DNA of 64,000 nucleotides. Source: Octopus vulgaris. Its lineage: Eukaryota. Position numbers and translations under genes: made by a program. Positions 22,401 to 37,346 of this stretch are shown here, piece after piece. The notes below the pieces were generated by a model. That model was not told where the DNA came from, ran no database searches, and worked only from the letters and a program-made list of their open reading frames with translations. Numbering within the stretch: position 1 is the stretch's first letter; every line of letters begins with the position of its first letter. Where the stretch lies: assembly GCA_951406725.2 (NCBI GenBank), contig OX597814.1, forward strand, positions 133,796,001 through 133,860,000. Reading direction: 5' to 3'.

Positions 22401-24589
22401 CTTTGCTTGTTGCTTCTCCACGCATTCGATCTTGAATACTGTTTGTTAATGTTCATAATTTCATTCGTATTTTTTTCATGACTTTTGTGAAAATGTTTTG
22501 GGGATTTTGGGGGTGGTGCTGTTGTTGTTGTAACGGATGAGTGTGTGTGTGTCTAACCGATCGCGTTTGTTTACTGTCGTTTAGCGAAGAAGATATTTTC
22601 AAATTTTTTTATTTTTCCATAAATATTCTCGAAGAAAGGATAAATAAGAAAAAAACCTTCATTTCCTTGAATACTATTCGGCACAAGAAAACGCAGAGAG
22701 CAAAATTCGATAAAATATAATCCACAGAGTAGAGCACAAATGAAAATGTTTTACCAACACAAGAAGTAACAAAAGTAACATAATAACGATGATGGTGGTG
22801 GTGGTGGTGGTGGTGGTAACGAGGAGGATGATGATGACGATGATAATAATAATCACAGCAATGGCGCAAATTGTGTGTATATTTAGATTATATTGACAAT
22901 GATCATATGTCATATAGCGTAACTCTGGGTGTTATTCTTAATGACTTGTTTGATCTCTTTGTTTTCTTTTGCTGTATTCGTGCTCTGTTTATGTCGGAAG
23001 TGAGAAATTCTAAACGTTAAGCTCAGTATCATGGATAAAATTACTAGATGATATTTATTTAGACAACAGAAGAATGAAGTAATAGTTCTTTAAAACAATC
23101 TTAATCCTAATTTAAATATGTCTTCAACTTTGGCACGATTTCATTGCTATCTAACTCCAATTTTTATGCAAATGAAAAACACAATTAATTTCCTTTAGCG
23201 CAACTTTTTTAGACATGTAAATATGAGGTTCCAATCGTAATCGGAAATGGAGTGAATGATAGTTTCCATTCGGTTTTATTCAGTAAACTAAAGATGGATA
23301 AATGAATAAAAGGCATGCTTCGCGTGCTTCAGTATTTGTCTTCTTTCGCTTTTAGTTCCAAATCTCTTGTTTAAAATATACAAAAAAGAGGTGAATACAT
23401 TTTTGGTGCTTTCAACCTTAACCAAGCAGACCTATGATCGAAAGTGTTCTAGTCCTAACCATCTCCCTCCGACAGAGATTATGTAAAACCATATTATCCA
23501 ATATCTCTTTCCTCTTTCAAAAGTGTACGGTGTGAGCTAGAGTGATTTCACTGTTAATTCTAGCAGATCGAGTGACAATGGACTGCATTTGTTGATTCAT
23601 TCTGTAAGCATGCTGCTTTCTTTCTCTCTCTCTCCCCGCTTTCTGTGTTTGTATGTGGATAGCGTGGGAGAGAGAGCGCGTGTGTGTTTGTGTGGGGGGG
23701 TGAGTGTGTAGGCGTGTTTGTTCCTGCAGTATATAATGGTACAATCTCAAGTGAAATCTTTTGTTCTTCTAAAAGTAACTTCATTGTCAAAACCCCTGTC
23801 ATTAGATATTACATCCTTTCACATGAACAAACGAGGAAGCATTGTGAACCTACTAAAAATAACTGCCAAATCTTCCTCAACTCACAACTTTCGTAACTTA
23901 CTGTCTTGGTAAATGCAAATACATACGATAATGTAATCCATGAAATAAATCTAAAAGAATAGGATATAATCTGGGTTATAACAGGAGCGACTTAAATCAC
24001 AAGATTGATTTGTAAGAAATGCTTGTATGAGTTAAACAACAATAACAACTTATTTAATTTCCTTCTTAGCCGGAGTCAATTTTATACTGTTCCAATCCCT
24101 ACACTAAACAACTTTAAAAGTTATTCTTCCCCAAACCATACAACTTTTGTATTCTAGGAATCCCTCCATAACTACATGTTATTTTTGAAATGTCAAACTT
24201 GTTTCACTTTACCGAAAGATTCCGCTGTCTGGTTCGTTCTCCTTGTAGCCTAACAGCCGAAAATATCTGCTAAAAGCGCGGCACAGTCTTTTTGATTACA
24301 AAATAAAAATTTCACGCATTTTTCAGATCGACAAAAATTATGTAGCTCTATAACCATGAAGTAAATTGCATATTGTATGGATATTTCTTTTAGATTAATG
24401 TGCTGTGTTAAAGTTAAGTGTAAAGCATACAGAAAACAGGTACTTCTACCCAAGAGGCATTAAGAACGCCTTATTTTTAACAGTGACAATCGTTGCTTAT
24501 AAGTTCAAACAAACCTCGCTTGTTACATAGAACTGTACTCAGAGCCATGTGTCGCGTGATTTTACACACATGCACACACACATATACAC

Positions 24590-25023
24590 ACAGACACATT
24601 AGCCATATAGTTTGTTATTTTTTTTCTTAGGGGTGAGTTTGTGCTATATTCTTTAGTTTTGTGAGATCCACACTTCTTCGCAAAAATATATAGTGCACAG
24701 AGTATGAGATATAGAACCTATTCAGGAAGTGAACTGAAAGAAGTTGGTAAATCGTAGAAGTAAATCCAGTCAGTCAACAGCCCCTTGTACACCTTCAATA
24801 GTCTTAAATGAGGTAGTGTATTATCTATTCAGGATACACTTAGATCAGATAACAGACACATTAGCCATATAGTTTGTTATTTTTTCTTAGGGGTGAGTTT
24901 GTGCTATATTCTTTAGTTTTGTGAGATCCACACTTCTTCCAGTCAACAGCCCCTTGTACACCTTCAATAGTCTTAAATGCGGTAGTGTATTATCTATTCA
25001 GGATACACTTAGATCAGATAACA
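24590..25023. repeat. Local tandem duplication with ~90-bp internal deletion in copy 2
   Basis: ACAGACACATTAGCCATATAG...CACACTTCTTC and CAGTCAACAGCCCC...TCAGATAACA occur at 24590-24854 and again at 24852-25023. Confidence 0.9.
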
Positions 25024-25594
25024 TGAAATATTTAAATGACTCCATTACATAACATTTGCAGAAGATATTTCTTCAGAGTTTGGGTACGATCTCTAGTATT
25101 GGCAGATATCTTGCGGCTTTATTTAAAAAAAAAACAGATTGATACGATAGTCATGAACTTATGAGTTTATTATTTATTTCAATACGAAACGTTTAAACTC
25201 TGAATTTTTCTTATGTATATGACGTATTCGAAACTACCAAGAATGCACGAAGATATACATACTTTGCATTGTCATATGATTTCTGTAACTGCCATTTGGT
25301 CATCTAGCCATCGTTGTTAGTTGACATTATCATATTTATTTGAACACAAAAACAAAATAAAAATCTACTATATTCAACGAAGATTTACAGCTAACGTAAT
25401 ACTGTTATCTTTTACTCGTCAAATAGTTTTGCTTGTCAACTACACTATCATATGACAGACTAATCTGCCGTATTGATTAAATTTCAGTCGTGAAGAAGAT
25501 ATTAATGTATTGTGTATTAATTCTTATTCCCATAACATCAAACTTTAAGAATGAATCGCTAAAGTATGTTCTCTTTGTTCCTTCAGGCAATATG

Positions 25595-25745
<151 letters not shown>

Positions 25746-26254
25746 GTGTGTTATAAATCGGACCAATCAATGCACTTGAAATAATGTAGATATGGGTATA
25801 TTGCACGTCTTTGTGAGTGTGTTCAGTAGCATGTTTTCAGTTATTCTGATGAGGCATGGAAGACATAAGTAACCATATCCACACTTTCAAAGATGGCGGC
25901 AGCAAAATAATGAGGTCAACAGATGTGGGTAGCATCATTCAGTCACTCTAGATTATTAGCCATGTTGTAGTGCAAACATCTGTAACTGTGTTTTATGGCG
26001 ATCTCTTCACTCTGGCGATCTCTTCAGCCATTTCTTATATCAGCTTAGTTGTCTTGACTTTATCTTCCCACTGGCATATTGTGTAAGAACGAAACAGTAG
26101 GTCTGATATGCGCGCAGCTCTTTCTCATTTCAAAATTAAACTTGCGTTAGTATAGTATCTGTGTCTAACAAGTAAGATTGCATAGCACATAATAAATATA
26201 TCCCAGCTAAATGTTTGCTGTAGTGACTAAAGTATGTGTGTGTTTACACGTGTG

Positions 26255-26493
26255 TATGTATGTATATGTTTATGTATGCATGTATCTATGTATGTATGTA
26301 TGTATGTATCTATGTATGTATGTATGTATGTATGTATGTATGTATGTATGTATGTATGTATCTATGTATGTAGGTAGGTAGGTAGGTATGTATGTATGTA
26401 GGTAGGTAGGTAGGTAGGTAGGTAGGTAGGTAGGTAGGTAGGTAGGTAGGTAGGTAGGTAGGTAGGTAGGTAAGTAGGTAAGTAGGTAAGTAG
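26255..26493. repeat. Compound (TATG)n-(TAGG)n microsatellite
   Basis: Direct inspection. Confidence 0.95.
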
Positions 26494-26624
26494 TTATTTT
26501 ACTACATTATATATTATATTTAAAACAGCCAGTGAATTCACTACCTCTTTCCAATAAAATATAAACTCTATTTCTCCCACTTAGTGCTGGTTTTCCACTT
26601 GTACAAAACCTATACACACACATG

Positions 26625-26915
<291 letters not shown>

Positions 26916-29900
26916 CATATGTATGCATTTGTGTGTGCGTGTGTGTAAATATATATATATGTATATATATATATAGACGTGTGTGTCTATATGTATGTAT
27001 GTACATACATATATGTGTGTGTAGAAGTATGTATGTCTGTATGTATGATTGTGTGCTTCCTTACATAATAGTGCGATAAGCTTGACTCTCTTGACTTTCT
27101 CGGGTAAGATACATCTGGTAATGAATTAAAATCTGGGATTCATTCCTGGTCACATATTGTAGCTCTCAATGAAATGTTCTTCAAAATCTTGCTCTATGAT
27201 TTTCTTTGAATTATATTCTGGAAATACCAATTATTCTTGGGACAATCGTTAACCGCCATAAAGACTTTGCTTTGGTATATCATTACGCACACGTGGTCTA
27301 CCTATTTAGATTATGTTTTACTTACACTCTTTTTACTTCCTTGAAAATCCATTCAAATTCCAAGATTCTCAGATTGCTCATTCGAATCTAAATTGAAATA
27401 TTCTTTAAGTCACTATATTTTTGTATAGTTAAAGAAATTTATAGTATATTATATTAAGAATAAATAATAACTCGAGCTTGGAAAGTACAGTTTATCTTTA
27501 CATTGATTAGCCCTATTTCCCCACGGTGTCCCAATGGTTTTTTATTCTGACAGTATATCAAAGACTACATTTTCCAACGCGCCTTTTCTCCTTTGAAGTA
27601 CATGAAGTAATATGTAAAGGAGATATGATTCTATTTCTTGTTGGTTCATATCTTAATATTTAAAATGATTCTGAATTTAACTGTTGAATAGATATTGAAT
27701 CATACTAATTGTGACGCATGGCTACTGAAACTCTTATATTCATCACGAAAATTGTGAATATAACGTCTCACCAAAGGGAACATTTTCAATATCAAATGGA
27801 ATTATCGTTGCACTCACATTCAGATATACGGGAAAACAACAAGTAGCATATGAAACAGGAATGTACAGGAACATGAAGTGAGAATGACGGCAGTTGTATA
27901 AACTTAATGATGCAATGGAAACAGCTCAAACAAACACGATGTTATGTCAAACAGAAAAGTAAATAAAAGGACAAACTGCATGAATTAATAAGAAATAGCT
28001 GCCGAGAAATATGAGAAACGCTTATATCTTATAGTGGTCAGACCAACAATGTTGATGATGATGATGATGATGATGATGTATAAGAGGAGGAGAAAGATGG
28101 GGTTAGATATGAATATAGTGATGAGGAGGACGAGTGAGAATGAAAATGATGATTTTCATCGCTGCTACAAGAGTAATTACTATCGTTATCATCATCATCG
28201 CCATCTCCATCATCAGCATTATTATCTCCACTGTATTATGTCGCAAGTAAGATTTAATTTACAAATCTGAATAGAATATCTTCTTGAAGAAAATCAGGGC
28301 ATTTCAGATAATATCTATTGTTCATTGTTGTTGAGGTTTATTTTGGAGAGGGGTGAGTCGTTAGAATTTATCAAATCACCATCTTTGTACGAGCTGATTA
28401 AAGTTCATTAAAATTTACTACTTTTGTTTTTTTGTCAACCAATGTTATCAAAAAAGGTCTGTCGGATGTGTTTGGATACTTTATCAATTAACCTATCTTT
28501 TTATATCCGTTGTATGCAGCATCTGGTTGATAACATCACATAAATTATTCTGATTTGATATATGGCCTGCAAAAGTCAGCCGTATGATAAACTAGTTTCA
28601 GTTAAATGCACATTAAAAAGAGTTTTTTATGGTTCACTAAGAGAACGTTCTCTAGCAATATTCAGGAAATAGTACCGACTTTCAATATTTTCTCCGACCC
28701 GCTAATGATTCATAATCACAAAGGTATATTGCTTTTATAACAATGCAAATATGAAATTTTGGCTTTAGTGGTTTTCATTGCCATCCGGTTTCTCAGCTCT
28801 GCTACATCACATTTCTTCGCTCTTCACCTCACTGTTTTTGTCTTTTTTTTTCTTGTTATTATTTTAGGACACTCCATAAAACGTTCAGTCTCCTTTCGTG
28901 ATTTTATTCTTTAAAAGTGATCGTATTACAACTGGAAATTTCATTCGGCAAATCGACTCCATTAAGCATTCTTGAGCAGATCACAAACACAACAATAGTT
29001 TTACGTATGTGCTCACACGCATGTACACACACACACACATACACACAAATTTGTGTGTGCGTGTGTGTGTGTGTGTTTGTCTGTGTGTATGTATCATACG
29101 TAACAAATGTAACATACACATTGAAAGTTACTTATGTGAATTACAAAAAAATGAGTTTATTGAGTGGTGGCACATTTACTGAAATGCTCAGGCTTTATGC
29201 TAGCACCGTAGGACAAGGCTGCACATGGAGTTATATCATAATGTAATTGTTAAGTGTTTCAAAATTGACAGGACTAAACTTAAAGCCTAGATTGAATGGA
29301 TTCTGCCAGACTTCTTATCTATAATTACGCTAATTTGAGACATAGTCTTTAATGAGATTCATTTTAATCTTAAGCATTAGGCATTCAAATATTTTAAATT
29401 CCTCGCTAAAAGAAGTGACTTTTGCATAAGATATCTACTAAAATTAGATTTGTTTTCATTTATTTTTATGTATAACCTTTCAGCTATTCAGTGCAAGTGT
29501 TAAGCTCTGGGCGGAACGAATCCGCCCTTCCATTTCGTTCAGGTTGCACATATATACTTCAGTTTGTCTTTCAGTATGACTGAATATTACCTTACTACAT
29601 CCATCTGTACTCAGTCTTGCTCAAGTTCATTTTAAGTCTCTTTTTCTGAGAAATAGTGCTGAAATATGTACTATGGTTGATTCACTTGACTTTGTCCCAT
29701 TACTAATAAGTTTGATAACAGCAAATACATCTCCATTTTCAACACCTTCAAGTGAGATATAATTCTTTTATGCATTATTCTTAATGTTTTTTTTTGTTTT
29801 GTTGTTGTTGTTTTGTTTTTTTTGTTTTGGTGGGGGGTTGCAATATGTGTGAATCTGCGTCATTAAAATACTGATATTTATTGATCAAGGTGAGTAATGG

Positions 29901-31029
29901 GAAAGAAAAATTCACCCAATGCAGGATTTGAACTCAAGTCCTATAAGATTGAGAATAAATACTACAAGGTAATTGAGTTCGTGTCACCTCCCAGTTCTAC
30001 CATTCGCCACCCTCTTCTAAGTTTCGTAATTGATGAAATGTTCGTAATCTTAGATTTAGCTGAAGGAACTTCTCAAGTTTTCTTGCATATCCGGTAATTA
30101 GGTTTATTAAATTCTCACATTACTTTCTGATGAGTATCATCAATAAACTTTTCAAGTGAATGCAACGAATTAAATGGAAGTTTCGATGATAACAGTTGTC
30201 GAAGGTCAATGTCCTTCTACCTTAGGCTAAAAGATATTCAAAAGATGAGTCAAATATTATATTATCCCTGATCACTAAACCTTTTGTGATTTCATACATT
30301 TTCCATCTGAGCAATTCATAAAGCAATTACGTAATAAAATTAATTACAAAACTAATTTTGCAAAGTAATCCCATCAAAATTTCTAACATTTTATATTTCT
30401 TGTAGTGGTAAAAAAATTTTTTAAATAAAGGACAATTCTTTAGAGTGTCGTTTACACTTTAACTGTGATTTGACAGATTAATGATCCATGTAGCAACCAT
30501 AATGTAAATTAGTTTTAGCTATTATTTCTATAAGACCTCCGTTAACACTGCCTAACGTAGAAATCCATAATTACGTTCATTGGTAAATTAATTGATAATG
30601 AAAAAGACCAATATAATACTTTTTAAAAATACGTATTCAAAGACACCTTTTTGTGAAATACTTTGAATATTTTAGTAATTATATAAAGGAGATTTCAAAA
30701 TTTCTCAGAGAAAGAAATGATTTTGTGTTACAGGTACAAGGTTTTAGATTTATAACTGACAGGTAAAATTATGAAGCACACATGTTTGTGTTGTTTAGTC
30801 ATAATTTGGTCCTACTCTAGAAGCCGCATTATCAAAAAGCGTTTAAACCATAAGCCTCCCTTCTTTGCGTTTCCAAAAATAATTCAACATCGAAGTACAT
30901 TATCTAGTATGTACTTTTTTAAGAGTGTTGGGTGTAGTTTGATGTATATTTGACTGAGTCAAAAGTTTTGCAATATTATAGCAATTTATTTTCTTTATTG
31001 GTCAAGTTACAATAAAAGCTAACTAGCAT

Positions 31030-31560
31030 TCAAAGTAGAGGCCATCAAGTTGCACAGTCAGACGCCACCTTTCTGCCAGGTCTTTCATACCAGGTTAACA
31101 CCAGTTCTTGTCCTTCGGGACGAAGAACTCTTTTACTAAAACTTTTCACTTCCTCTTAATTTATGAAGCGTCTCGAGCGCAAGACGATTGGATTCGAACA
31201 AGAAATTATTCGAAGGAGCTAGATCCAGATTGCATGCTGGGTATGGCATCAGTTCGATTCATTCACGTTCCTAGAGTTTATTCGGGTTGGTCAAGCGGTG
31301 TGAGGTCTTGCGTTGTCTTATTTGCTTTTTGTTAACTAATACCGGGTATTTTGGCCGCACAATGGCATACATCTATACTAGCTGTTCGAAATACAGATTG
31401 GCATCGATGGTTCGACCGTTCGAAACTAACTCTTCGTGATTTTTACTCTCATAATTCCACCAGACACATGTTTGGTAAGAGGTTCCGGAAGATGACCGTT
31501 ACTTAACCACTGATTATGCACGCTAGGATTGCAGAAAAATATCTACTTTTCATCGCACAT
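31030..31560 (-). pseudogene. Decayed mariner transposase, catalytic half
   Basis: Minus-strand fragments 'CVWWNYES', 'TIDANLYFEQL', 'DNARPHTA', 'PYPACNLDLAPSN' (cf. DNARPH, YSPDLAPSD). Confidence 0.75.
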
Positions 31561-31639
31561 TCTTATTTTCTTGGGGAAACGCAGATAGTGCGAGTTTGGG
31601 TTTTCCAGTTCCTTAGAAACATCCACTCACCTCTGTTAT

Positions 31640-32170
31640 AGAACTGGGGTCAGTTTGTGAAGTATAATTCGGCAGCTCTAGATACTTTTACCGAGGTCAT
31701 GAAGGTGACGAACCACACTGGACTGTTAGATACCGAGCTCGCTTGATATTCTCCGAGTGCTAGTCACCGGATTTGTCACAATCGCTTGGATCACGGCCTC
31801 GAAATCCGCGATTTTGTTCCTACCTAACCTTCTCTAATCGTCGAGGTTCTTACAAACCCAATTTCTCGAATCATCTGGTTACTGTACTGTGATAAACTCC
31901 GCTTTTACCTCTCGTACAACAAATGTTTTTGGCTGCCTCTGCAGTATCATGGACCTGTTCGAATTCGTAAAGCATACTTTCCCGAATTAGACTACGTTGC
32001 ACGTTCATCTGTGCAGCATTCAAACTACATACGGAGTGAAGCAACGCACAACCTTTCAGCGCACCTAATATCACGATACTACCAACGGCAGCGGCTACCT
32101 TCCACGTCTTGAACTACTTCGGACACGGGACATACACGTCACAAACTGGCTCGTATGCAAATGTTTCAAT
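31640..32170 (-). pseudogene. Decayed mariner transposase N-terminal (HTH) remnant
   Basis: 'LIRESMLYEFEQVHDTAEAAKNIC...HSTVTR*FEK' matches the mariner HTH start (R..MLYEF..G..A.EA...I). Confidence 0.7.
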
Positions 32171-33760
32171 CATTTGGCTCGCCTTTGTAGAATTCTTGTA
32201 ATTTTAATGACGTTAGCGAATTTAAATTGGTACAAATAAGAATGAAAACTGAGCGTAAACATTATTCGTCAGAATGAAATCTGTAAAATATATATGATGA
32301 AGTTATTTAAGTTATATAAACTGTATGGTTTTAAAAAAATCTGTATATTTAATAAGTACTGTACAGGCTTGAATTTGTACCAAACGGGATCGAACTTGCA
32401 TGTATTGAATTATTTATCTTCATTTAAAACCCTCCAACTTACTAAGTTCATCGAAGAAGAACCTAATGAATACCTCTTTTAGTATACAAGCTTCATTCTT
32501 TAACAGATCTTGTTAGTCCTAAACTTACCACGTTTGCCGTGGACACGCAAAAGCTTTAATACTGTCACGCTGTAACTACGTTCAAAATATATAAATCTGT
32601 CCACCTAACAGCTACGATAATACATAGGTTTAGTTCGAATTCAGTTTTGGTCCCCTTTACTCAAGTAGCTGCCATAATTAAATAAATATCAGAACTCATT
32701 ATCTAAGCACTCTACATGTAAAAGCCCGTGGTATTTTCATTTGAGAATTTTCTTGAAATTTGATCTATACTCTAACCTTAAAAAAGGCCTTGTCACCTTT
32801 ATACAATTACATTTTTCTTAACTCACAAAATATGGAAATCCCACTGACATAAGAAGCAGTACTTCATTAAGGTTTGTTTCATAAGTTTACAGTAGATTAT
32901 ACAAGAAATCGAGAGATATCTGCTCTAATATTCTATCTCAGACCAGGTTGCTCAAATCAAAATATAAATTCTTGTAACTACCTCAAACTATCAATCAATC
33001 TATAATAGTATCACACATGCAAGTCTGTGTGAAATATAAAGATCAATCAGATACATCCACCAATATGGTATGAGATCTATTGACCTCATAATAGTGCTTC
33101 CCATCTTATATTCATGGATAGAATTTCGATTCAGTAATGCAAATAAAAAGTAAAACATTCATCAATTTATTTATCACTACTCTTCTATGGTAGGTATTTC
33201 AGTTTAGGCATAAGTGTCTGTATTATTCAAATAAACTTTACTAATATCGTGATTGGAAGTGTTAACCTTTTGAATTCTAGGTCGCTAGATATTTTATGTC
33301 CTTGTGGAGTCAAACAGTAAGATTTAAATTTCAGTTATCAATTATTGTAAACAGTTGAATTTTTTTTATTGACAAGAATACACAGTATGTATGTGTTTGT
33401 ATATGTGTGTGCGTGTATGTGTCTGCGTCTCTGTGTGTGTGTACGAATAAACTAACAGTACAATTGTTATATATCAACACACTGTAAATAAGTTGGTATC
33501 GTTTAACAATAGAAGAAAACGTTTACATATTACATTTTTTAGATTCCGAAGAACAAATATAAAACCGGATAACATAGAAATCTTCCTATATTTTTGTCAT
33601 AGTCTGGCTAAAGTTTCTGGTTTATTTTCATTGAATGCAATGTGATATTTCTAAATTACAGGAACGTTTTCTTTTTTAACATTATCTAGCCGCGATTGTT
33701 GAACTCTTGATTTTTTTTATCTTCATCGCTTATCTAATATTGTGCTAAGATGGGAAGTAA

Positions 33761-33897
33761 AAGAAGAAGAAGAAGAAGAAGAAGAAGGAGAAGAAGAAGA
33801 AGAAGAAGAAGAAGAAGAAGAAGAAGAAGAAGAAGAAGAAGAAGAAGAAGAAGAAGAAGAAGAAGAAGAAGAAGAAGAAGAAGAAGAAGAAGAAGAC
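33761..33897. repeat. (GAA)n microsatellite
   Basis: Direct inspection; explains the poly-E ORF. Confidence 0.95.
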
Positions 33898-34375
33898 AAG
33901 GAGGAGTCCGGAGATGACGATTTAAGAGATAATTTACAGAGTTTAAGATGGATAAAGGCGATTAATGAGATGCTTTATATTGGTATTTTCTCTTTCAAAC
34001 AAGTTTGAGGAACGGATGTACCACAGAGAATCTTTGATTATATTATCCTCAATTTACATTTTCACGTATATTAACTCTTTTTTTTTTCTTTCTCATAACT
34101 AACTTGCCTATATCCTATTCACTGGATCAGATAAGGAATGAAAATAATAAAGTTCTGCTGTCTCACCTAATACATAATAATAGGCTCCCTTGACTAATTT
34201 CGTCAGAACGCCATTGATACGAAATTTTCTTTATATTTGATCAAGGAAATAGTAGTTTTAAGTAACAAATTATCTGAATTGAGCACATAGACACACGAAC
34301 ACAAACGTATGCATTTGTGTGTACGTGTTTGTGTATGTGTGTATTTATACGTATATATATATGTATATATATACT

Positions 34376-34439
<64 letters not shown>

Positions 34440-34463
34440 TGTGTCTGTGTCTGTGTGTGTGTG

Positions 34464-34525
<62 letters not shown>

Positions 34526-34535
34526 TGTGTCTGTG

Positions 34536-34591
<56 letters not shown>

Positions 34592-34746
34592 TATGTATAT
34601 ATAAAATATAAATTAGAGATAAAACCACAATTATGCAACTCAAACAGTGATATACATAAACCAATACGTATATATACATATATGCATTGTTATGTTTTCA
34701 ATATATAATAGAGTTGAGCAGAATATCACAAATTGGAAATATAACA

Positions 34747-34796
<50 letters not shown>

Positions 34797-34874
34797 GTTT
34801 ATGAATTTGTGTTGCAAGCTTCCTGATGTGAAGTCATGTTGAAACAGATGTTGTATTTCGGGATGGGTTTTTTT

Positions 34875-35335
34875 TTCCCCAAAATAAACACAGACACTAT
34901 ATATTCGTTCGTCACTCGTTTATTACTCTTCTTATTCTAACTCATGTCCATTATCTGGAAATCTTTCAACACATATCTGTGACCTCCTCAGTGACATTTT
35001 CCGTCTTCGTGTGTACTCTTGCTCTGCTTATTCCATTCACGTCAAGAAATCCGCAAGTGGGCTGCTTAAACTCATACTGCGCACAAAAAATAGGGACTCT
35101 GTGTGCTTTCCTACGGACAAGTCCGGCAGAATGTCGACACATAGCCAGCGGAACTACACCCAGGCCAAAGAGAATGGCACAAGCAGAGCAAGAGCACACA
35201 CGATGACGGAATGTGTCGGTGTGGATGTCATAGATGTGTGACGATAGATTTCCAGACAATGGACATGAGTTAGAATAAGAACAGTAATAAACGAATGAAG
35301 TAAGAATATATAGTGCGTGTGTTTATCTGGCAAAA
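34875..35335. mobile_element. ~460-bp element with ~85-bp terminal inverted repeats (MITE-like or inverted pLTR)
   Basis: ATAAACACAGACACTATATATTC...TTATTCTAACTCATGTCCATTATCTGGAAATCT is mirrored at 35246-35330. Confidence 0.7.
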
Positions 35336-35336
35336 A

Positions 35337-35720
35337 CATGACCAACAAGGTTCTGGGTTCAGTCCCACAGCGAGACACCTTGGGCAAGTGTCTTCCACAA
35401 TAGCCTCGGACCGAATAAAGCCTTATGAGTGGATTTGGTAGACAGAAACTGAAAGAAGCACGTTGTATATATACATATATATATGTATATATAAATGTAT
35501 GTGTTTGTGTGTCTGTGTTTGACACCCCAACATCGCTTGACAACCGATGCTGGTGTATTTACGTCCCCGTAACTTAGCAGTTCGGCAAAAGATACCGATA
35601 GAATAAATAATAGGTTTGCAGAGAATAAGTCCTAGGGGGTCGGTTTGCTCGACTGGAAGCAGTGCTCCAGTATGGCCGCAGTCAAATGACTGAAGCAAGT
35701 AAAAGAATAGAAGAATAAAA
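35337..35720 (+). mobile_element. tRNA-derived SINE family A, 5'-truncated
   Basis: GGGTTCAGTCCCAC...CCTTGGGCAAGTG...GGCCGCAGTCAAATGACTGAA. Confidence 0.85.
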
Positions 35721-35759
35721 GAATCCCGAAATACAACAATATATATATATATATTTGTA

Positions 35760-35814
<55 letters not shown>

Positions 35815-37267
35815 ATGTATATACATATATATATTCTCCTACGTAGAATATATTATAGATTTCAGCCAACTTTTGAGAGTTTATTATTTTTTCATCTTAA
35901 TCCGTTTTCTTTCTGTTTTTGTTTTTTTTTATGAAAGTGAGATGTTTTTATTTGTTTTTGTTTGTCTGTGTTTCGTATTCTGTTTTCAATTCTTTGAAAT
36001 GGAGATTAATGCTGTCAAACTAGTCAATACTTAATTCTTTGCGTGAAGTTGATCAAATTGAAACAGATGGCCCAATATTTCATTTGATTAGTTAAATTAT
36101 ATCGGATAATGGTTCATATTTTCCAATAATTTTCAACTGAACTGGGTCACAAAGATTTACATAAGCTATGTACTTGTAGAGACCCAATCTAAAGCCCCAA
36201 TTCTCATAGACCAAAATAACTTTCACTGCTGATAAAAACAGGTCATGAATAGGTTGAGATAAGAGATGCTTAGGTGGCCGATTGAAACGAACTCACTGAC
36301 ATTATGTTACTAACGACATTTTGATGTGAATAAATAGCACATCTTTATCCTCTTTGGCTACGAAGATTCTACGAGGGAAAGGGGGAAGTTAGTTCTTTGT
36401 CCTCCTGTATATTTGTCACTTGGTGTTTACCTCATCCACAACTCTCTTCCTCAATCAATCTCTGTTATCATGTATGCATGTACATGTATATATGTGTGTA
36501 CGCGCGTGCGTAAGTGAGTGTGCATGTATATGTCTGTGTACGCAGTATGTGTGAGGGTGCATGCTGTTTTAAAAATACAACTGTGTTTTAAGTTTTATGT
36601 TCTTATCAAAATTTCTTAAATGTTTTTGTATGAGTTCCTCGTACTTAGAAGTATTGGAAATTGTAAATTTAATCATTCATTTTGCAACTCTTTCAAGTCT
36701 CACCTTCAGGATGCAGTGATATTATCAACTACAACGATGTTTTTTTTATGATTTAGGCGATCGTTTTTCTCTTGGTTTATATGAGTACCAGTAATCTATA
36801 CGAGCCGGGTGAATCGATTATGTTCCCATCTCAAACAATAACTGACCTTTTCCAAAATTTGAATCATCGATATTCAGTATTTCCGCAACTAGCACAAATA
36901 TTGCAGTTGACGCTATTTTTACCATGTCTATGTAATATAACCATTACCATCAAGTTCATCTGCAAAATCATCTCATCATCCTCATCAACATCATTATCAT
37001 CACCATCATCATCATCATGATAAACAGCAACAGCAGCAGAAGCAGCAGCATCAATAGCAACAACGACAAGAAACTATTTGAAAAATGACTGGAGAAATTG
37101 CCAATGGATATATTTTGAAACGTCAAGAATTATGTTGCAAAATATATATATTTTTTTTTTTTTACATCCTGAACGTAAGAAAATACAAAACCGTGTTGAT
37201 GAATCACCGATATTTGAGATATTTTAAAATATCCGGAGTTGTTTCTTTATTTTATTTTACATATCTG

Positions 37268-37346
<79 letters not shown>

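Noticed and set aside
25846-25900. CTGATGAG as a hammerhead core (also at ~30127 and ~44888)
   Set aside because: No properly placed stem II/GAAA or stem I partner
33742-34008. Poly-glutamate ORF
   Set aside because: A (GAA)n microsatellite with no other coding signal
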